Virus record (IMG/VR): IMGVR_UViG_3300033149_002876
Span: 4,118 to 68,117 of that record
DNA: 64,000 bases
Strand: one strand, 5' to 3'
Origin: a virus
Part shown: in pieces, positions 39,218-48,414 of the stretch
Numbering within the stretch: position 1 is the first letter of the stretch
How the letters are laid out: every line of letters starts with the position of its first letter
Notes under the pieces: model-generated
What the model was told of the DNA's origin: nothing
Seen by the model: only the letters and a program-made list of their open reading frames with translations
Databases searched by the model: none
Translations under genes and position numbers: made by a program

Positions 39218-39856
39218 GTGGCTGAAACATTTTATGATTCTGGTAAAAACAATAGACCTTTAGTTGTAGCTTATTATACTATTGATACTCCATATGAAGA
39301 TGAAGCAGAAACATTAAAATTATCTTTGGAAGCTGTTGGGTATAGTTATTTGATTACAGGTGTTCCCAATTTAGGAACCTGGCAAAAGAATACACAATAC
39401 AAAGCAAAGTTTATTCAGGAAATGCTCAATAGAAATATAGGTAAGCCTATATTATACCTTGATGTTGATGCTATAATGGTTCAAGCTCCAGTTCTGTTAG
39501 ATAATCTTAAAGCAGATGTTGCTGCTGTTCATTATGCAGGTAAATCTGAATTACTATCTGGAACAATTTATTTAGGTAATACTAAACAATGTAGAAGGAT
39601 AGTTCAAAAATGGATTCATCTCAACGAACAATATCCAGAAACATTACCTAATGGAAAACATGCTTGGGATCAAAGAACTTTAAAAATGGCTATAAGTAAA
39701 ATAAAAGGAGTAAATTTTGTAGAGCTTCCTCAGAGCTACACTTGGATAGTTGAACTTACTCAAAGATATACTGATTGTTCACCTATTATAATGCATACCA
39801 GAGGAGCTAAAAGATTTAAGAATAAAATCAACGGAAAGAAAGGATACGCAAAATGA
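39218..39856 (+). CDS. Nucleotide-diphospho-sugar transferase (GT-A)
   Basis: WQKNTQYKAKFI, ILYLDVDA (DxD), LLSGT, WDQ and IMH. Confidence 0.75.
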   Translation: MAETFYDSGKNNRPLVVAYYTIDTPYEDEAETLKLSLEAVGYSYLITGVPNLGTWQKNTQYKAKFIQEMLNRNIGKPILYLDVDAIMVQAPVLLDNLKADVAAVHYAGKSELLSGTIYLGNTKQCRRIVQKWIHLNEQYPETLPNGKHAWDQRTLKMAISKIKGVNFVELPQSYTWIVELTQRYTDCSPIIMHTRGAKRFKNKINGKKGYAK

Positions 39857-40512
39857 TTGCAAATCTTGAAGCTGATATTTGGGTTGTCTGGCCAACAGTT
39901 AATATTGAAAAAAGTCAGAGGATGATTGAAGCTTGGCATGATCGGGGATATAAAGTAGCTGTATTAGTAAATCCACCTAATACGGATGATATGTTAATTG
40001 AAGCTGAGATAGTTATTGTTCAAGATAAATGGATAAACTTTCCTGTTGCTGCTAATATCCTTTGCAAAATAGTTTCAGGAGATATTGTAGTTGTTGTAGG
40101 TGATGATATTAGTCCTGATCCTAATTCAACTGCTCAGGAAATAGGAAGAGATTTTTTGAAAAGATTTCCTGATACTTTCGGAGTTATACAACCTACTGGT
40201 GATGAATTTGGGTGTTATAATAAATGTGCTGTATCTCCCTGGCTTGGTCGAGATTTTATAGAAAAAGCTTATGAAGGAAAAGGACCATATTGGGAAGAGT
40301 ATTTTCATTATTTTTCAGATCAAGAATTACAAGAGTATGCTACTCAGTTAGGAATATTTGAACAACGGAAATATGTAAATCAATATCATGATCATTGGCA
40401 ACGACAAGAGGAACCCCAACGTCCTGGATATTTACTTCCGGCTAAAAAGAAATGGCATAAAGATAAACAAATTTTTCAGCAAAGACAAAAGGAAGGATTT
40501 CCATGTCAATAG
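39853..40512 (+). CDS. GT2-like glycosyltransferase
   Basis: VVWPT, VVVGDD, YFSDQE and HDHW. Confidence 0.7.
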   Translation: MIANLEADIWVVWPTVNIEKSQRMIEAWHDRGYKVAVLVNPPNTDDMLIEAEIVIVQDKWINFPVAANILCKIVSGDIVVVVGDDISPDPNSTAQEIGRDFLKRFPDTFGVIQPTGDEFGCYNKCAVSPWLGRDFIEKAYEGKGPYWEEYFHYFSDQELQEYATQLGIFEQRKYVNQYHDHWQRQEEPQRPGYLLPAKKKWHKDKQIFQQRQKEGFPCQ

Positions 40513-41438
40513 AAGGTTTGAATTTATCTTTTTCTAACAAGTGCCCTGCCAAATGTGTATTCTGTCCACCAGAACGGGGAACTAGTGATCCTCATTTTAT
40601 GGAACCAGATTTAGTAGAGAAACTTATTAAAGAAATATCTAGTGATGATTTTCCTTGGAAAGTTAAAACAATTCAGATCGGAGAAAATGGTGATGCTTTA
40701 ACTTCTCCTTATTTTATTCGGAATATTAGAATCATTCGTGATTATCTTCCAGGGGTTCGCATCAATCTCACAACTAATTTTTTCTGTATGAGCGAAGTTC
40801 AGGCTGTAATAATTTTAGAATTATTAAATGGTATTCAATTAAATATAGATGGTCATAACGCTGAAACATATGAAGCTCAAAAAAAGATTTCATATAATAC
40901 CGTAATGAAAAAGTTTCGTATGTTTATGAGATTTAGAAAAGGATTAAAACCTAATTTTCCAGTAGGGGTGAATGTGCTTCCTTTTTCAGTGTATTATAAT
41001 AAAGTTATGAAAAGATTTAATCAACCACCTTTGCAGGCTCCTGTTTATTTTCCTTCTATCCTTAAATCCTCTTATGTACAGGTTAAAAAAAGTTTAGAAG
41101 AAAAAAAATGGATCACTGAGGATGTTTTTATACGTGAATCACCTTCTTTCTTTTGGGCTGAAAGAAAAATGGATGTTGATTTTAATTTAAAAAAACACAG
41201 TTGTCCTCAATTACCTAGAATAGAAAAAGAAGCATTTATTAGTCCATCAGGTTGGTGGTATCCTTGTTGTTTTGATTCTAATCAAGATCAGGGGTATGGT
41301 AATGTTGTAATAAATTCTTTGGTTACACTTCATAATTCTGATGAGAGATTACGTTTTATTAAAATGTTAAAAAATAAAGAGTTTAAAAAAATTGGTTATC
41401 CTTGTAATCGAGTCCCTTTTTGTAAGGCTATAAAATGA
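40503..41438 (+). CDS. Radical SAM protein with SPASM/twitch domain
   Basis: CPAKCVFC, GENGD, LTTN and C-terminal C...ISPSG..YPCCFD...PC. Confidence 0.85.
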   Translation: MSIEGLNLSFSNKCPAKCVFCPPERGTSDPHFMEPDLVEKLIKEISSDDFPWKVKTIQIGENGDALTSPYFIRNIRIIRDYLPGVRINLTTNFFCMSEVQAVIILELLNGIQLNIDGHNAETYEAQKKISYNTVMKKFRMFMRFRKGLKPNFPVGVNVLPFSVYYNKVMKRFNQPPLQAPVYFPSILKSSYVQVKKSLEEKKWITEDVFIRESPSFFWAERKMDVDFNLKKHSCPQLPRIEKEAFISPSGWWYPCCFDSNQDQGYGNVVINSLVTLHNSDERLRFIKMLKNKEFKKIGYPCNRVPFCKAIK

Positions 41439-42112
41439 GTTTAGACACACCCTGGCAAATAGAACAAACTTGGGGAAGCCACCAAGCAGTCCTCAAAGCT
41501 GTATTAAAAGTTTTAAAACCCCAAACAGCAATAGAATGTGGTTCTGGATATTTTTCAACTCCATTATTATTAGAATATGTTCAAAATCTTATTACCATAG
41601 AACATAATCAAAGTTGGGCTAATAAAATTCAAAAAGATCATCCAGTCAATTCAAAACATACTTGGATTGTACAATCATTTCCTAATGTTAAAAATTGGAC
41701 ATCTATAGAAGAAGTAAAACCTGCTCATAGAAAGTTGCTTAAAATTCTTTATGAAAAACTTGCCAAAGATTTATCTCCCTGTGATTTTCTTTTTATGGAT
41801 ACTTTCCGGGCTGCTCGTGTTCCTGCTACAAAACAACTTTTATCAAAAGCAAATATGCTTCTATTACATGATGTGGAAGGTCCAAGTTACGACTATTATC
41901 AATTTAATGAAATACAAGAAATCTTAAAAGGATGGTTTAGGTATGAACATAGACCTGATAATATAAGGATAAATAAAAAACATATGGTACCTTGGACTGC
42001 TCTTTATACAAGAGAACGTATTGATTTAGAAAAAGTCAATGAAGAAGTTATTATAGAATCTAAACGGTTATGGAATGAACCTATTATTATGAAAGAAATA
42101 CATGGCGCCTGA
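41435..42112 (+). CDS. Class I SAM-dependent methyltransferase-like
   Basis: IECGSGYFST, TIEHN..W, FMD and LLHD. Confidence 0.7.
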   Translation: MSLDTPWQIEQTWGSHQAVLKAVLKVLKPQTAIECGSGYFSTPLLLEYVQNLITIEHNQSWANKIQKDHPVNSKHTWIVQSFPNVKNWTSIEEVKPAHRKLLKILYEKLAKDLSPCDFLFMDTFRAARVPATKQLLSKANMLLLHDVEGPSYDYYQFNEIQEILKGWFRYEHRPDNIRINKKHMVPWTALYTRERIDLEKVNEEVIIESKRLWNEPIIMKEIHGA

Positions 42113-42752
42113 TATTGATGGAGTTGAATACATTTTAAATTTCTTTTCTAAGAAAAAGAATGGTTATTTAATTGATGTGGGAGCTATGGATGGAGCCAAT
42201 GGTAGTATGTCTAAAGATTTAATTTCAGAAGGTTGGAATGGTTTATTGATAGAACCATTACCAGATTCTTTTAAAAAGTTAAAAAAGAACTATGAAAAAT
42301 ATCCTGGAGCCCAAACTATTCAGACACTTTGTTCTAATGAAAATGGTGAAGGTATATTATATCCATTCAGAGGAGTTTCGACAATGAGTCCTGAGTGGAG
42401 AGATGTATGTCAGAATCATTGGAAGCATGTTAATTATGGAAAGCCTATTAAACTGCCAAAAGTAACTCTAAAAACTCTTATGAGATTATATAAAGTTCCA
42501 TCTCATATAGATTTTTTACAAATTGATACTGAAGGACATGACTTATTTGTATTAAAAGGAATGGATTGGGATAGAAAACCTTCATTGGTTTGTGTTGAAG
42601 TTATTGATTTATGTCATATGGAAAGAAGATTAAGAAAAGGAATATGGAAACCGAGTATGGAATTGCAACAATATATGAGTGATGTTGGTTATTATCGAGA
42701 TAAACTTACCAAAGGTGGTAATGCTATTTTTATTAGGAAAGACAATGATTGA
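42102..42752 (+). CDS. FkbM-family methyltransferase
   Basis: IDVGAMDG, GLLIEP and IDFLQIDTEGHD. Confidence 0.88.
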   Translation: MAPDIDGVEYILNFFSKKKNGYLIDVGAMDGANGSMSKDLISEGWNGLLIEPLPDSFKKLKKNYEKYPGAQTIQTLCSNENGEGILYPFRGVSTMSPEWRDVCQNHWKHVNYGKPIKLPKVTLKTLMRLYKVPSHIDFLQIDTEGHDLFVLKGMDWDRKPSLVCVEVIDLCHMERRLRKGIWKPSMELQQYMSDVGYYRDKLTKGGNAIFIRKDND

Positions 42753-43494
42753 TTTAGTTGCTGGATATGCTCGTGGATATAATGCTGAACAGATAAGGCC
42801 ATTTTTAAAATCCTTGAGAGAAACAGGATATAAAGGAAAGATTCTTTTATTTGCAAATGGAGGAGCTGCAGAGGAAGCTAAAAATTGGAATGTGGATTTG
42901 AGGCCTTGTCCTAAACCTAAAATAAAAGTTCATTCAGATCGGTTTGTATGTCTGCAGGAAGCACTTGAAAATAGCGATTCTAAGGGCATTTTATTATCAG
43001 ATACCCGAGACGTTATATTTCAGCGAGATCCGGCTTTAGGATTGCCCTCAGACGGTTTGAACGCCTTTGAAGAGGATGATAGTAAGTCTATTGAGACCTG
43101 TCCTTATAATTCTTTATGGATAAAGCTGGGTTACGATAAAGAAATGTTTGAAAAATTAAAGACTTATCCAATATCTTGTGTTGGAACAGTTTGTGGAGAT
43201 GCTGCATCAATTAAATATTATTTAAAACGATTAAGAGAAGAAGTAGAAAGGATTCAACCTAAAACATTGAAACCTCAAGATCAAGGAGCCCATAATTATT
43301 TAATTCGTGGTCAAATAGAATCTCGTGTATGGCATAATGAAGAAGGGGAAATATATACAGTGGGATATATTCACCGGGGAAGTGTTAAAATTGAGAATGA
43401 TAATATAGTTAATCAATCAGGAAAAGTCCCAACAGTAATTCATCAATGGGACAGACATAAAAATTTGACAAAGTTTGTAGAAGGAAAATATTAA
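42745..43494 (+). CDS. GT-A fold glycosyltransferase-like protein
   Basis: LLSDTRDVIFQRDP, DQGAHN and IHQWDR. Confidence 0.7.
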   Translation: MIDLVAGYARGYNAEQIRPFLKSLRETGYKGKILLFANGGAAEEAKNWNVDLRPCPKPKIKVHSDRFVCLQEALENSDSKGILLSDTRDVIFQRDPALGLPSDGLNAFEEDDSKSIETCPYNSLWIKLGYDKEMFEKLKTYPISCVGTVCGDAASIKYYLKRLREEVERIQPKTLKPQDQGAHNYLIRGQIESRVWHNEEGEIYTVGYIHRGSVKIENDNIVNQSGKVPTVIHQWDRHKNLTKFVEGKY

Positions 43495-43956
43495 ATGGAT
43501 TATGCAATTACAGGATACCATGGAAAGAAAATCTTTAGTGGGCATTCAGCTAAACATGAAGGAAAAATTAAACGTATGGCTGACCTAATGAAATTACATG
43601 GATGGGTTTTTCCTCCAATTCCTGTAACTGATATGGGAGTTTATTTTCAAGCAATAGATGGTACTCATCGTATTGCTGCTTCCAATCAGGCAAGACTTTG
43701 TCCTGAAATAATAGTACTAGAAGCAAAACTTCATCCTGATCAACCCATTCCAAAGACTTGGAAAGAAATTTTAAATGCTCCATTAGTTTATGGTAAAACA
43801 ATTCGTGGTTACGCTCTTATTGAAAATCCAAAACAAAAACATATAGGAGTTGTATTAGATAAAGATCGAGAAATATTATGTGTTGAATATGTCGAGTATC
43901 TATTTGAGTTGCTTCTTAAGGTGACTCAGAAAATCAAAATCTTTAAGGAGAATTAA
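43495..43956 (+). CDS. ParB/sulfiredoxin-fold protein
   Basis: PPIPV...QAIDGTHRIAA. Confidence 0.65.
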   Translation: MDYAITGYHGKKIFSGHSAKHEGKIKRMADLMKLHGWVFPPIPVTDMGVYFQAIDGTHRIAASNQARLCPEIIVLEAKLHPDQPIPKTWKEILNAPLVYGKTIRGYALIENPKQKHIGVVLDKDREILCVEYVEYLFELLLKVTQKIKIFKEN

Positions 43957-43957
43957 G

Positions 43958-44548
43958 ATGAAGGACAAAAAGATTGAAAAGTATCTTGAAAAGGCAGATC
44001 GTTTTTCTGGTGATGGTGAATTGTATCAAAGTGTTACAGGAGTGGAAGGTAAAGGAACTCGTAATTTAAAAGACAGATGGAAGCTATATAAAATTTTATC
44101 CGCTGATTTAAAAGGCAAAAAGGTAGTTGATATCGGTTGTAATATTGGAGGCTTTTCTAAATTTTGTAAAGACAAGGTTAAAAGTTATTTAGGGATTGAG
44201 CCTTTCAAAGAATCAACTAAATTGGCCAAGCATCTTTTTCCATATTCCAATTGTACTTTCAGAACATCCACCTTTGATAAACTTAAAGGAAAGTTTGATG
44301 TGATTCTTGCATTGGCTGTAAGACGATACACTGGACTTTCAATGGAAGCTTTTGCTGAAGCTTGTTCTAATCGTTTAAATGAAAATGGATTGATCTTCTT
44401 TGAATCTCATGGAAGAGAAAAGCTGACTCCTAAAAAGAAAAAAGCATTTGAAAAATATTTTCGTATTGAAAGAGTGATTGATGTTCCTTCTACTTCACTT
44501 CCTGATTGTGAAAATGTTCGTTTTTTTATAAGAGGCATAAAAAAATGA
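43958..44548 (+). CDS. Class I SAM-dependent methyltransferase
   Basis: LKGKKVVDIGCNIGGFS, FDVIL and IFFE. Confidence 0.82.
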   Translation: MKDKKIEKYLEKADRFSGDGELYQSVTGVEGKGTRNLKDRWKLYKILSADLKGKKVVDIGCNIGGFSKFCKDKVKSYLGIEPFKESTKLAKHLFPYSNCTFRTSTFDKLKGKFDVILALAVRRYTGLSMEAFAEACSNRLNENGLIFFESHGREKLTPKKKKAFEKYFRIERVIDVPSTSLPDCENVRFFIRGIKK

Positions 44549-45330
44549 CCTACATTACCAACCAAAGATTAGCTAAACTTGCTGGAGTAGGTTTTAGATC
44601 AGAAGAAATTAAACTGGGGACTATTGTTTATTCTAGGACTCATACAATAGTCCCCCAGTTTAAGAAATTGGCTGAATTTCCTGAGTGTGTTTTAATCACC
44701 AGTTTCTCTGATGATAATTGTACGGATGAAATGGCTGATAAACTTCCTTTCAATGTTAAAAAATGGTTCAGTAATAATGTTTCAACTGATAATCCTAGAG
44801 TTATAGGAGTGCCTATTGGTCTAAGAACATCAAATGAAATTGAAATGAAAATAAAAGAAGCTGAAGAAAGAGGTAGATTGCCTGACCAAAATTTAGTGTA
44901 TATGAATTTTTGGAGAAAGATTGCGAATAGAAGAGGCAGAGGTAATCCACGGAATGGATTATATAAAATGTTTGAAGGTAAAAAATGGGTCACTACTGAA
45001 GGGGGATACGAACATGTTTCTATAGACCATTTTTATAAACAAGTTATAAGCCATCCATATATTTTAAGTCCTCCGGGAGCTGGTCCAGATTGCCACCGTC
45101 ATTGGGAAGCAATATTATTGGGCTCAATTCCTATTGTACAAAGAAGTCCCGTGACTAAAATTCTTGATGGTCTTCCTTGTCTTCAGGTAAATAACTGGAG
45201 TGAAGTAAATGAAGAAATGTTATTGGGATCATTACCTAGATTAAAAAAATTATTTAAAAGTCCACGGATGGAAATTTGTAAATTTGAATATTGGAAGAAA
45301 AAAATATTAGGGGTAGTCAATGTTTCATAA
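44545..45330 (+). CDS. Exostosin/GT47-like glycosyltransferase
   Basis: PIGL, LVYMNF and ILSPPGAGPDCHRHWEAILLGSIPIV. Confidence 0.75.
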   Translation: MTYITNQRLAKLAGVGFRSEEIKLGTIVYSRTHTIVPQFKKLAEFPECVLITSFSDDNCTDEMADKLPFNVKKWFSNNVSTDNPRVIGVPIGLRTSNEIEMKIKEAEERGRLPDQNLVYMNFWRKIANRRGRGNPRNGLYKMFEGKKWVTTEGGYEHVSIDHFYKQVISHPYILSPPGAGPDCHRHWEAILLGSIPIVQRSPVTKILDGLPCLQVNNWSEVNEEMLLGSLPRLKKLFKSPRMEICKFEYWKKKILGVVNVS

Positions 45331-45931
45331 TATGGTAATGTGTGGAATACCTAGAAGTGGCTCAACTTTAATATGGCAGATTCTACAGTCTATTTTTCCC
45401 AGACAGAAAATTATAAAAACACATCCTTATGATTGGGACGCAGATGGATCTTGGGTCTTTGCAAGTATTCGTGATCCTAGAGATATTGCTGCATCTTTAT
45501 TGAGGGTAAGATTAAGTAGAGAAGGAAAAAAAAGGAATTTAGAAGGAAAAGATATAAGACAAGAATTAAAAAGGATGGAACTTAATTTTGAAAAATTAAG
45601 AAAATTGATAATTGGTCCACATGTAATTCTTAGATATGAAGAATTCTATCAAAATTATGATATTATATATGATTCTATTTGTAAAACATTTAATATAACT
45701 ATTCCAACTAAAATACGATTACAATTAAATAGTAAATTTAGTTTAAAAAATAATAAAGGAAGAGCTGATAACCTGAAAAATTTTTATGATGTTGATGAAT
45801 GGCACGTGCATGGAGATCATATAGGTCATATTCACCCGGGATATTGGAAAGAGTTCATACCAAGTTGGGGTATGCATTATATAAATAAAGTTTGTTTACC
45901 TATTTGTAAAGAATGGAATTATGATGAATAA
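45320..45931 (+). CDS. Sulfotransferase paralog 1
   Basis: 5'-PSB GIPRSGSTL, KTH, 3'-PB RDPRDIAAS and LRYEEF. Confidence 0.85.
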   Translation: MFHNMVMCGIPRSGSTLIWQILQSIFPRQKIIKTHPYDWDADGSWVFASIRDPRDIAASLLRVRLSREGKKRNLEGKDIRQELKRMELNFEKLRKLIIGPHVILRYEEFYQNYDIIYDSICKTFNITIPTKIRLQLNSKFSLKNNKGRADNLKNFYDVDEWHVHGDHIGHIHPGYWKEFIPSWGMHYINKVCLPICKEWNYDE

Positions 45932-46547
45932 AGCAAAAGTTGTTTTTAGTGGAATACCAAGATCAGGTTCAACTTTATTATGGCAAGTTTTTACTCATAT
46001 TGTTCCTCATACTATTGGATCTGAAAGAACAACTCCCAGAGCTTGGAAGCCAGATGGTATTTCTTGGGCTTTATGTGCATATAGAAATCCTTATGATGTG
46101 GCAGCAAGCAAATATACTCTTCGTAAAGGAAGAGCAAAAGTAGAAGAAAAACCTGAAATTGGAGTGAGGGCTGTTTCTGGTCATGTGGTTAAATTATTTG
46201 ATGCTTTAAAAAATTTAAAAGCAACTTATGATAAATGTCTTGTTTTCAAATATGAAGATTTCATATATGATTTTACACCTTTTTATGAAGCTATTGAAAA
46301 GTTATTTGAAATGGAAGTCCCACAATCCCAAAGAAAAGAAATATATGATTTATGTTGTCTTGAAGCAAATAAGAAAAAATGCGCTAGTCCAGATATAGAT
46401 GATATGTATAAAGAATTTTGGTTGCATAGAAAACACATCAATTCTCCTGAACCAGGTTCATGGATAAATGTTATTCCAGAATCATGTCATACTTTATTGA
46501 GAAATAAGTGTGGGAGAATTTGTAAAGAATGGGGATATGATGAATAA
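45921..46547 (+). CDS. Sulfotransferase paralog 2
   Basis: GIPRSGSTL, RNPYDVAAS and FKYEDF. Confidence 0.85.
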   Translation: MMNKAKVVFSGIPRSGSTLLWQVFTHIVPHTIGSERTTPRAWKPDGISWALCAYRNPYDVAASKYTLRKGRAKVEEKPEIGVRAVSGHVVKLFDALKNLKATYDKCLVFKYEDFIYDFTPFYEAIEKLFEMEVPQSQRKEIYDLCCLEANKKKCASPDIDDMYKEFWLHRKHINSPEPGSWINVIPESCHTLLRNKCGRICKEWGYDE

Positions 46548-47166
46548 TATAATAGCTTGTGGAGTTCCAAGAACCGGTTCAACTTTAATTTGGCAGATTC
46601 TTATTAGAGCTTTACCTAATCGAAAAGTTATCAAAGCTCATCCTGCTTCCTGGGAACCTATTGATAATTGTTTTATTGTAGGTTCAATTAGACATCCTTA
46701 TGATAATGCTGCTAGTTGTTTTCGTTCACGAGTGATAGGTGATGATGGAGATGGAGTGGATGTTAAAGGAACTAAAAAAGGATTGATTGCTGAATTGAGA
46801 ATGCTTAAAAATAATTATGATCAATTGAGAATATTATTAGATAAATATCCTAGTTTTAATTTACGCTATGAGAATTTTTTTAATAATTTTGATTATGTAT
46901 TTGATATAATTGAAAGTGATTTAAAGATAAAAGTTCCTTATGAGTTAAGAAAAGAAATTAAAATTGATTGTTCTTTTGGAATGAATATGAAAAGATCATT
47001 TGCTAATATCAAAGGTCAGGAATATCAGAAAACAAAAATAAATCCTGGGCATGTTGGAGTTGGAATTCCGGGCTCTTGGAAAGCTATTATTCCACGATGG
47101 GGATATGATGTAATGAGAAAATGGTGTGACCCTTTATGTAAGGATTGGGGCTATGAGGGTAAATAA
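46537..47166 (+). CDS. Sulfotransferase paralog 3
   Basis: GVPRTGSTL, KAH, RHPYDNAAS and LRYENF. Confidence 0.85.
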   Translation: MMNNIIACGVPRTGSTLIWQILIRALPNRKVIKAHPASWEPIDNCFIVGSIRHPYDNAASCFRSRVIGDDGDGVDVKGTKKGLIAELRMLKNNYDQLRILLDKYPSFNLRYENFFNNFDYVFDIIESDLKIKVPYELRKEIKIDCSFGMNMKRSFANIKGQEYQKTKINPGHVGVGIPGSWKAIIPRWGYDVMRKWCDPLCKDWGYEGK

Positions 47167-47776
47167 GATACATAAATTCATTTTTATTTCTACTCCAAAA
47201 GCATGTACTCATACTATATATAATATTTTGGATGAGCATTATTCTTTTAGATTAAGAAAATTTGGATTTCATTGTAATAACATTCCTGAAAGATATAAAA
47301 ATTATTTCAGATGGACAGTTGTGAGGAATCCTTTTAGCAGGGCTGTTAGTATTTGGTGGAGTGCCTGCCGTTTAGCTCATAAGGATCAATATAAATTCCG
47401 AGTCAGAAGTGGAGGACAATACGACTTTACTAAATTTATAGTTTGGTTATCTAAGCAAAATCAGAATGAAGCTTTAGTAATGAATCAATCTAATTGGCTT
47501 CGTTCAGTAGAGCCTTACAATCTTATTCATATGGAAAATTTAGAAGAAGAATTAAAACAACTTCCATTTTGGAAAGAAGGAATAAAGATACCCCAACTCA
47601 ATACCACTACTGAAAAAATAGAAACACAATCAAAAGCTGAAGAAAAAGTTATTAAAAGACCTTCATTGAAAGAATTGTATAAAAGTAAGAGAGCAATTGA
47701 AGCTGTGTTGAAATGGGCTGAAGAAGATTTTGATAAATTTGAATATGAAAGAGATATCAAGTGGCTAAAAAAATAA
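47153..47776 (+). CDS. Sulfotransferase family 2 (carbohydrate sulfotransferase-like)
   Basis: FIFISTPKACTHT, VVRNPFSRAVS and MENLEEE...DFDKFEY. Confidence 0.82.
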   Translation: MRVNKIHKFIFISTPKACTHTIYNILDEHYSFRLRKFGFHCNNIPERYKNYFRWTVVRNPFSRAVSIWWSACRLAHKDQYKFRVRSGGQYDFTKFIVWLSKQNQNEALVMNQSNWLRSVEPYNLIHMENLEEELKQLPFWKEGIKIPQLNTTTEKIETQSKAEEKVIKRPSLKELYKSKRAIEAVLKWAEEDFDKFEYERDIKWLKK

Positions 47777-48414
47777 TTAGTATATCGCTTTATGGAGACT
47801 CACCTGTATATTTTAATGGGGTGATTGCCAATGCTAAACTTGTTCCTAAGATATTTCCAGGCTGGACAATGAGAGTATATTGTGAAATGTCCAATATTGA
47901 TCTAACACCATTAGTAGAATTGGATTGTGAAATTATAAGAAAGCCTGAATCAAGACTTCACTCAGGAATGTTCTGGAGATTTTTAGCTGCATGGGATAAT
48001 GAAGCTGAACGTGCAATTTTTCGTGATGCTGATTCCCGGTTAAATGTAAAAGAAGCTGAAGCAGTTAAAGCCTGGGAAGAATCTGGATTGGATGCCCATT
48101 GCATGAAAGATCATCTTCATCATACAATCAAACCAATGTCCGGGGGAATGTGGGGAATCAAATGTAGAATATTGCCTAGACAACTTTTGAGAGAAGTATT
48201 AAAGAAAGCAAGACAATCTCAAAAAAGGGTAAAGGATATGCATTGGTTAAGAGATAATGTTCATCCATTGATAAAAGATTCTTTGCTTCGTCATTCTTCA
48301 TTTCCTTCCAGATGGCCCAGTGTTCCTTTTCCACCTCATCCTGAATATGAAGGCTTTGTTGGACAACAGTATGATGAATTAGATAATCCAATTTATCCAG
48401 GAGAAAATAAATGA
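47761..48414 (+). CDS. Putative GT-A-type glycosyltransferase
   Basis: IISISLYG, GMFWRFL, IFRDADSR (DxD) and GGMWG. Confidence 0.6.
   Translation: MAKKIISISLYGDSPVYFNGVIANAKLVPKIFPGWTMRVYCEMSNIDLTPLVELDCEIIRKPESRLHSGMFWRFLAAWDNEAERAIFRDADSRLNVKEAEAVKAWEESGLDAHCMKDHLHHTIKPMSGGMWGIKCRILPRQLLREVLKKARQSQKRVKDMHWLRDNVHPLIKDSLLRHSSFPSRWPSVPFPPHPEYEGFVGQQYDELDNPIYPGENK

Noticed and set aside
43495-43956. Plasmid-prophage partition ParB
   Set aside because: No ParA, no HTH domain, and it is embedded in the glycan cluster.
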